IMG/VR virus record: IMGVR_UViG_3300020312_000068
Span: 1-64,000 of that record
Direction: 5' to 3' (one strand)
DNA length: 64,000 bases
From: a virus
In this document: piece by piece, positions 62,835 through 64,000 of the stretch
Layout of the letters: each line of letters starts with the position of its first letter
Numbering within the stretch: the stretch's first letter is position 1
Program-made: the position numbers and the translations under genes
Notes under the pieces: model-generated
Told to the model about the DNA's origin: nothing
The model's input: only the letters and a program-made list of their open reading frames with translations
Databases searched by the model: none

Positions 62835-64000
62835 TTTAGTCGATAAGGAAGTTGCTCTTAATATAGCGGATAAGAAGCTTTTTGTTAACAATAACGGAAC
62901 AGTAGAGGAAATAGCAAATGCCGTACCGAACACGGCAAGTGTTACTGCCTCAATGTTTGCTGCGGATATAACTAATGGTCCAAATAATACATACTTTGTT
63001 GCTAAATCAGGTTCAGATTCTTCAAGTTTGTCAGGTGGTGCTGATAGAGGTAAGAGTACAACTACCCCATTTTTAACTGTTGCTAAAGCTTTAACAGTTG
63101 CTACAGCAGGTGATATAATTCATATTGCTGCTGGTGAGTATACTGAAGCTGCTCCTCTAAACATACCTGATGGCGTAACTATTAAGGGTGCTGGTCTTAG
63201 GGCTACCCAATTAAAGCCGACTGGTGGTACCAATGATGTGGACTTTATGGTCCTTGCTGGTGACACAACAGTCTCAGATTTAACTGTAAAAGATATAATT
63301 TATAATTCTGGTAATGATACTGGTTACGCATTTGTATGTGCTAACAACTGGGATTCAGATAGAAGTGCTTATATAAACCGAGTTACCGTTCTTAATAAGG
63401 GATCAACTACATCAGCATCCGACCCTTATGGATTTGATGCTGGAGATGCTGGACGTGGTGCTAAATTAGATGGTGCTATATCCAACTCAAACTCATTAGA
63501 GACTGCTGTACTATTCAACGAAGTAACCTTCTTTGTACCTAATTCTGTTGGTGTATACTTAACTAATGGTATTCGTTGTGAGTGGCAAAACTCCTTTATA
63601 TACCTTGCTAACGAAGGTATTAAGGGTGTACAGGGTGCTACAGGTAAGCATGGTACTGGACAGACAAGATTAAAATTATCTGGTACTTCTGGTACGTTTG
63701 CTACTAACGAAAAGATTTATCAGTTAGAGAATCAGTTTAAGTCAGGTACTTATGCTGTAAGTAGTAATGTCGTAACTGTTACACGTACTGCTCATGGTCT
63801 TGTCACTAACGATAGAGTTTATGCTGACTTCATCACTGGTACTGCTACTGATGGTTATTATCAAGTAACAGGTGCCCCAACTGCTGATACCTTTACCTTT
63901 GCTCTTACCACTGGAAACACAAGTGGTAATGTAACTTATAAGAAAGCAGAAGGTTATGGTAACATTGCTAATAATGATGGAACATATATTTTCCTAACAG
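62773..64000 (+). CDS. Large virion structural/fibre protein with beta-helix (DUF1565-like) domain, runs off the window end
   Basis: Translated by hand: MATRIKLKSS..EVALNIADKKLF, YFVAKSGSD..PFLTVAKAL..GD.I.IAAGEY.E..PL.IPDGVTIKGAGLR. Confidence 0.85.
   Translation, partial: MATRIKLKSSTTASATPTTSDLVDKEVALNIADKKLFVNNNGTVEEIANAVPNTASVTASMFAADITNGPNNTYFVAKSGSDSSSLSGGADRGKSTTTPFLTVAKALTVATAGDIIHIAAGEYTEAAPLNIPDGVTIKGAGLRATQLKPTGGTNDVDFMVLAGDTTVSDLTVKDIIYNSGNDTGYAFVCANNWDSDRSAYINRVTVLNKGSTTSASDPYGFDAGDAGRGAKLDGAISNSNSLETAVLFNEVTFFVPNSVGVYLTNGIRCEWQNSFIYLANEGIKGVQGATGKHGTGQTRLKLSGTSGTFATNEKIYQLENQFKSGTYAVSSNVVTVTRTAHGLVTNDRVYADFITGTATDGYYQVTGAPTADTFTFALTTGNTSGNVTYKKAEGYGNIANNDGTYIFLT

Overview
64 kb of a T4-like cyanomyovirus (Kyanoviridae-type phage of Prochlorococcus/Synechococcus), almost all on the + strand. 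It has four parts. (1) 1-3.4 kb: split gp5 baseplate hub. (2) 3.4-17.9 kb: acyl carrier protein, two 2OG-Fe(II) oxygenases, CpeT-type lyase, then tail fibre/adhesin genes. (3) 17.9-31 kb: early/accessory island with two DNA methyltransferases, a PD-(D/E)XK nuclease, an SF2 helicase, a HEXXH protein, a DUF3574/SAM-lyase-like gene, purN, many tiny ORFs and the only minus-strand gene block (26.1-27.5 kb). (4) 31.2-64 kb: PAAR, gp25, gp6, a 5915-aa gp7-like protein, gp8, a VrlC-like protein and fibres. Main non-obvious signals: ten copies of a palindrome plus -10 promoter cassette, one firing antisense with no ORF; a symmetric HLR1-like box pair at the divergent strand switch; islands of 10-bp-phased A-tracts written into coding DNA; a G-run/AT-rich origin candidate; and a nested, last-in-first-out domain architecture in gp7. 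All calls come from motif recognition by eye; no searches were run.
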